Source: an uncultured Chloroflexia bacterium
GTDB taxonomy: Bacteria; Chloroflexota; Chloroflexia; QHBQ01; JADMIH01
Direction of reading: 5' to 3'
NCBI GenBank assembly: GCA_963797095.1
Contig: CAWCNY010000002.1
Span: 832,001-896,000, forward strand
Length of the DNA stretch: 64,000 nucleotides
Shown one piece after another: positions 59,673 to 64,000 of the stretch. Made by a program: the position numbers and the translations under genes. Below the pieces are notes generated by a model that did no database searches, was not told where the DNA came from, and saw only the letters and a program-made list of their open reading frames with translations. Each line of letters starts with the position of its first letter. Position 1 is the first letter of the stretch.

Positions 59673-61475
59673 ATGACCACCTCTACTCAAACCCTGCCTC
59701 ATTGGGACATGACCCCCATTTTCCCCGCGCTCGACTCGTCTGAGTTCGATACCGCCTTCAAATCGCTCATCGGCCAGATCGATGATCTCACTGCCCTCTT
59801 TGATCGCTACAGCGTGAGCAGGCAGGAGCCTGCCCCCCTCGATGATGCCACCGTGTCCCACTTCGATGCGGTAATCACGCAATGGAACACCCTCTTGGAG
59901 AATTACCGCACCTTGAGCGCCTACATCCACTGCCATCTTGCCACCAACACCCGCGATAGTCTCGCGCAGAATCGCTACAGCGAGATGCAAGGCCAGGCTG
60001 TGCGCATAAACTTGCTTGGCGCTCGCTGGACCGCCTGGGTTGGCTCTCTCGACATCGACGCCCTGATCTCTCGTTCCCGGCAGGCGCGGGACCATGCCTT
60101 TAACCTGCGCAAAACTTCCGAGCGTGCCCGTCACCTAATGTCGCCCGCCGAAGAAACCCTGGCAGCCGAGCTTTACCCTAGCGGCGGGGGCGCATGGGAG
60201 AAACTGCACATCAGCTTCACTTCGCAACTGAGCGTGACTATCGACAACGATGGCGAACCCCAGGCCCTCCCTATAAGTGCCATCCGCAACCTTGCCTTCG
60301 ACCGCGACCGCGATGTGCGCCGCAGTGCCTACAAAGCCGAGCTTGCCGCCTGGGAGCGCGCCGAGGTGCCTGTTGCCGCCGCTCTCAACAGCGTGAAGGG
60401 CGAGGTCGCAACTCTATCGCGCAAGCGCGGTTGGGCCTCGCCTCTCGATGAAGCCATCTTCGACAGCAACATCGACCGCCCCACCCTCGACGCGATGCTC
60501 GGTGCGGCCCGCGAGTCGTTTCCTCACTTCCGCCGCTACTTGCGTGCTAAGGCTCGCGCCCTCGGCCTCGAACGTCTCGCCTGGTACGACATCTTCGCCC
60601 CCGTTGGCGAGAGCACCGGTGTGTGGGAATACTCCGACGCTATGCGCTTCATAGTCGAGCAATTCGGCTCCTATTCTCTCCGCCTCGGCTCATTCGCCGA
60701 GCGCGCCTTCAACGAAAACTGGATCGATGCCGAGCCTCGCGTCGGCAAGCGCGACGGCGCTTTCTGCATTCCCCTTCGCCGCGACGAATTGCGTGTCTTC
60801 GCCAACTTCAAGCCCTCCTACGGCGGCATGAGCACCCTCGCACACGAGCTGGGGCACGCCTACCACAACCTCAACAAAGCCGAACGCACCACCCTCCAGA
60901 AGAACACCCCAATGACCCTCGCCGAGACCGCTTCGATCTTCTGCGAAACCATCGTTCGCAACGCTGCCCTCCAGGTTGCCACTTCCCAGGAGCAACTGAC
61001 CATCCTCGAAGCCTCCTTACAGGACTCCTGCCAGGTAGTAGTTGACATAACAAGCAGGTTCCTCTTCGAGAGTCGTGTGTTCGACAAGCGCAAAGAGCGA
61101 GAGCTTACCGCCGACGAGTTTTGCGCCCTCATGCTCGAAGCCCAGAAAGAGACCTACGGCGATGGCCTCGACCCCGACGCTTTGCACCGCTACATGTGGG
61201 CCGTCAAACCCCACTACTACCGCGTCGGCCTATCCTTCTACAACTTCCCCTACATGTTCGGTCTTCTCTTCGGTCTCGGCCTCTACGCGCAGTATCGCCA
61301 GGACCCCGAAACCTTCCAGCGCAACTACGACGACCTCCTATCCTCCACCGGCCTCGACGACGCGGCGGGCCTGGCCTCGCGCTTCGGCATAGACATCCAC
61401 ACCCCCGACTTCTGGCGTGCAAGCCTCGATATCATCCGCCAGGATATAGACAAGTTCGAGGCCCTGGTGGGCTGA
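59673..61475 (+). CDS. M3B oligoendopeptidase (PepF-like, second paralog)
   Basis: GKRDGAFC, TLAHELGHAYH, LAETAS, FYNFPY motifs. Confidence 0.93.
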   Translation: MTTSTQTLPHWDMTPIFPALDSSEFDTAFKSLIGQIDDLTALFDRYSVSRQEPAPLDDATVSHFDAVITQWNTLLENYRTLSAYIHCHLATNTRDSLAQNRYSEMQGQAVRINLLGARWTAWVGSLDIDALISRSRQARDHAFNLRKTSERARHLMSPAEETLAAELYPSGGGAWEKLHISFTSQLSVTIDNDGEPQALPISAIRNLAFDRDRDVRRSAYKAELAAWERAEVPVAAALNSVKGEVATLSRKRGWASPLDEAIFDSNIDRPTLDAMLGAARESFPHFRRYLRAKARALGLERLAWYDIFAPVGESTGVWEYSDAMRFIVEQFGSYSLRLGSFAERAFNENWIDAEPRVGKRDGAFCIPLRRDELRVFANFKPSYGGMSTLAHELGHAYHNLNKAERTTLQKNTPMTLAETASIFCETIVRNAALQVATSQEQLTILEASLQDSCQVVVDITSRFLFESRVFDKRKERELTADEFCALMLEAQKETYGDGLDPDALHRYMWAVKPHYYRVGLSFYNFPYMFGLLFGLGLYAQYRQDPETFQRNYDDLLSSTGLDDAAGLASRFGIDIHTPDFWRASLDIIRQDIDKFEALVG

Positions 61476-61476
61476 T

Positions 61477-61872
61477 ATGAGCAGCAAGTGTCGAGACTCT
61501 TACGAGAAACTGCGCGACTTCGCGCTTGGGCTGCCCGAAGCGTTTGAAGATCACCCCTGGGGCGAGAACGTGGTCAAAGTCAATAAGAAGGTCTTCGTCT
61601 TCTTCGGTCTTCCTGAGAGCCTGGACGAACGGCTCCTTTTGGTCGTAAAGCTGCCGCGCACGGGCGAATACGCCCTCGATATGCCCTTCGTCAAGCCGAG
61701 CGGCTATGGCCTCGGCAAGCACGGGTGGGTCAACATCCAGCTGGGCCCCGACGATGATCTGCCAATGGATCTCCTGTTGGAATGGGTGGAGGAAAGCTAT
61801 CGCGCGGTAGCTCCCAAACGTCTTGTTGCGCGACTCGAAGAAACAAGGAGTGAGGATGATCTCTATTCGTAA
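61477..61872 (+). CDS. MmcQ/YjbR-family protein
   Basis: EDHPWG, KVNKKVF, GWV, ESYRAVAPK motifs. Confidence 0.85.
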   Translation: MSSKCRDSYEKLRDFALGLPEAFEDHPWGENVVKVNKKVFVFFGLPESLDERLLLVVKLPRTGEYALDMPFVKPSGYGLGKHGWVNIQLGPDDDLPMDLLLEWVEESYRAVAPKRLVARLEETRSEDDLYS

Positions 61873-62049
61873 AGCGTTTCCTCTCTGTATGCTCCCCCTT
61901 CAACCCCCTGGACTCCTGATCCCAATCCCATCGTAGGGTGAAGCATAGCTAGCCCTCTTTAGCCCCAGGCATCATTCCGCACTCCGCACTCCGCACTCCG
62001 CACTCCCCATTTCGCACTCCCCATTTCGCACGTTGGAGCATGTTCATAA

Positions 62050-63186
62050 TTGGAGCAACAACCAATGCCCGCGCCCCAATTCATCCCAGGTCTGGAACTC
62101 AGCAAACGCTTCTACCAAGAAGCGGTTTTCCCCATACTCAATGAGCACTTCCCCAACCTTCCCTACGCTGCTGCCCGCGTAGGCCACGGCAGCGAGGTGC
62201 TCGGCTTCGACACCCCAATGTCCACCGATCACAACTGGGGACCCTCCTTGCAGATCTTCCTGCGCGATCAAGATGCCGCGCTCGCTCCCCAGATCACCGA
62301 GGTGCTGAGCCACAATCTCCCCTACGTCTTCTACGGCTATGCAACCCACTTCATCAACTCAACTCTCGAACCGGGCAAAGGCACCGTACACCAGGAAATC
62401 AAGTCCGAAGGCCCGATCAACCACATGGTCTACACAGGCACTCTCCGCGCTTTCATCCAGGACGACCTAGCCTACGACCTCGACGATCCCCTTACGCCCG
62501 CCGACTGGCTCACCTTCCCCTCGCAAAAGCTACGCACCCTCACTGCCGGTGCGGTCTATCGCGACGATACCGGCGACCTGACGGCCCTTCGCCAGCGCCT
62601 CGCCTGGTATCCTCATGACGTTTGGCTCTACCTGCTGGCCGCCGGTTGGAAGCGCATCTCCCAGGAAGAACACCTCATGCCGCGTGCAGGCTATGTCGGC
62701 GACGAACTGGGTTCAGCCCTCATAGGCTCCCGCCTTGTGCGCGATCTCATGACCCTCTGCTTCCTCATGGAGCGCCGCTACGCCCCCTACCCCAAGTGGT
62801 TCGGCACCGCCTTCAAGCAGCTAAAGTGCGCCCCCGCCCTCACCCCCGCCCTCTGGTGTTCCCAGATCGCTCCCACCTGGCAGGAGCGCGAAACTGGCCT
62901 GAGCGAAGCCTACGAATACATCACCCGCGCCCACAACGCGCTGGGGATCACGCCACCTCTCCCCACCACCGTGTCGCACTTCTTCGGACGCCCCTTCAAC
63001 GTGATCTACGGCGAAAAATGCGTCGACATCATCCTGTCGCAACTCACCGACCCCGCCGTCAAGCTAATAGCCTCCTCAACCCTCATCGGCAGCCTCGACC
63101 AGTTCAGCGACAGCACAGATCTGCGCGAAGATACCCACCGCCGCAAGCGCCTGCTATCTCTCTATAGAGACGACCTACCCCAATAA
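62050..63186 (+). CDS. DUF4037-domain (nucleotidyltransferase-like) protein
   Basis: GSEVLGFD..STDHNWGP, WYPHDVW, APYPKW motifs. Confidence 0.85.
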   Translation: MEQQPMPAPQFIPGLELSKRFYQEAVFPILNEHFPNLPYAAARVGHGSEVLGFDTPMSTDHNWGPSLQIFLRDQDAALAPQITEVLSHNLPYVFYGYATHFINSTLEPGKGTVHQEIKSEGPINHMVYTGTLRAFIQDDLAYDLDDPLTPADWLTFPSQKLRTLTAGAVYRDDTGDLTALRQRLAWYPHDVWLYLLAAGWKRISQEEHLMPRAGYVGDELGSALIGSRLVRDLMTLCFLMERRYAPYPKWFGTAFKQLKCAPALTPALWCSQIAPTWQERETGLSEAYEYITRAHNALGITPPLPTTVSHFFGRPFNVIYGEKCVDIILSQLTDPAVKLIASSTLIGSLDQFSDSTDLREDTHRRKRLLSLYRDDLPQ

Positions 63187-63194
63187 TTCACCCG

Positions 63195-63271
63195 AAAGTA
63201 CACTCCAAAACCTGTCCCGTTTTGCCCCACCATTGTCATTTACCCCACCATTGTCATTTAGTATATGAGGG
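63195..63271 (+). repeat. Dispersed repeat, copy 3 of 3, with an internal 18-bp duplication
   Basis: AAAGTACACTCCAAAACCTGTCCCGTTTTG(CCCCACCATTGTCATTTA)2GTATATGAGGG. Confidence 0.85.
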
Positions 63272-63426
63272 AGATATACACGGCAATTCCTGCAAGGCAG
63301 CCTAGATCGATCAAAATACAATATCTCGTCCCGGAATAACCCTCAACTGGAACAATCCTTGCTTGATCATCGTCAGATAACTGTTGACAATCAACGAACT
63401 GAGCTACAGACAGGAGGCTTCACACT

Positions 63427-64000
63427 ATGCAACGATTGCTCAGATACATAGCAGCGTTTTCCCTGCTGGCCATCGGCCTTTTTTCAGTGGTAAGTCTGGC
63501 CCACGCCCAGACCGGCCCTTCCCTCGGTATCGCCGGTGAGGGATGGCATCTCACCCAGATACAGCGCTCTGCAGGCAATTCAACCGACACCTCGGACGTA
63601 ACCATCACCATCAACTTCGACGACCAGTGGCAAGCTTCAGGCCACAGCACCTGCAACAGCTACGGTGCTTCCTACCAGCAAGGCGCTGACAACTCGCTGA
63701 CCTTTAGCGACTTCCTCCAGACCTTCCGCGCCTGCGTCGATACCCGTCTTATGGGCCTGGAAAACGAATACTTCGCGGCCCTCCAGAATGTCACATCCTA
63801 CAACCTGAATAATGACACCCTACAGTTGTTCTATAACGGCGGCAACAGCGTGCTAACCTTCGAGCCGACCCCGGTTCCCGGCACAACCGGCACGACCGGC
63901 GGTACAACGATTGGGATGCCTCAGACCGGCCTCGGCGTCGCCGATATCACACCTTCCGTGATCTTCGGTGTGTCGCTCCTATTGCTTGGAGCAAGTCTGC
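63427..64000 (+). CDS. Secreted META/HslJ-domain protein with MPQTG sorting tail (runs off the right edge)
   Basis: Manual translation: signal peptide ending AHA, SGHSTCNSYGASY, TFRAC..E..YF.AL, then GMPQTG and a hydrophobic segment; AGGAGG RBS. Not in the ORF track. Confidence 0.82.
   Translation, partial: MQRLLRYIAAFSLLAIGLFSVVSLAHAQTGPSLGIAGEGWHLTQIQRSAGNSTDTSDVTITINFDDQWQASGHSTCNSYGASYQQGADNSLTFSDFLQTFRACVDTRLMGLENEYFAALQNVTSYNLNNDTLQLFYNGGNSVLTFEPTPVPGTTGTTGGTTIGMPQTGLGVADITPSVIFGVSLLLLGASL

Overview
A 64-kb bacterial chromosomal segment, most consistent with a Chloroflexota genome (inferred from YFxxTG/GGLxxFGYPIS surface repeats, heptamer intergenic repeats, a tal-pgi fusion plus opcA, and a sortase-type tail). 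It is mostly housekeeping and accessory genes: trmB, two M3B oligoendopeptidases, ispH, msrA/msrB, lepB, phnCE, a PASTA kinase, a pentose-phosphate cluster (tkt, tal-pgi, gnd, zwf, opcA, pgl, rpe), three tRNAs (Ser-TGA, Gly-TCC, Glu-CTC) and two IS elements. Highlights not shown by the ORF track: (1) a probable selenoprotein, a thioredoxin-NHL (NHLRC2/SOQ1-like) gene whose first active-site Cys is an in-frame TGA followed by a SECIS-like hairpin; (2) an ISAs1 element nested in the terminal repeat of an ISAs1-type MITE that carries a perfect 27-bp-arm hairpin, each with its own 10-bp target duplication; (3) a site-2-protease/CBS protein with both zinc histidines replaced by Arg, fused to extracellular surface domains; (4) a roughly 65-75 bp dispersed repeat in three copies; (5) modular heptamer arrays that form hairpins and supply stop codons. 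All calls come from reading the sequence and recognising motifs; no database searches were run.
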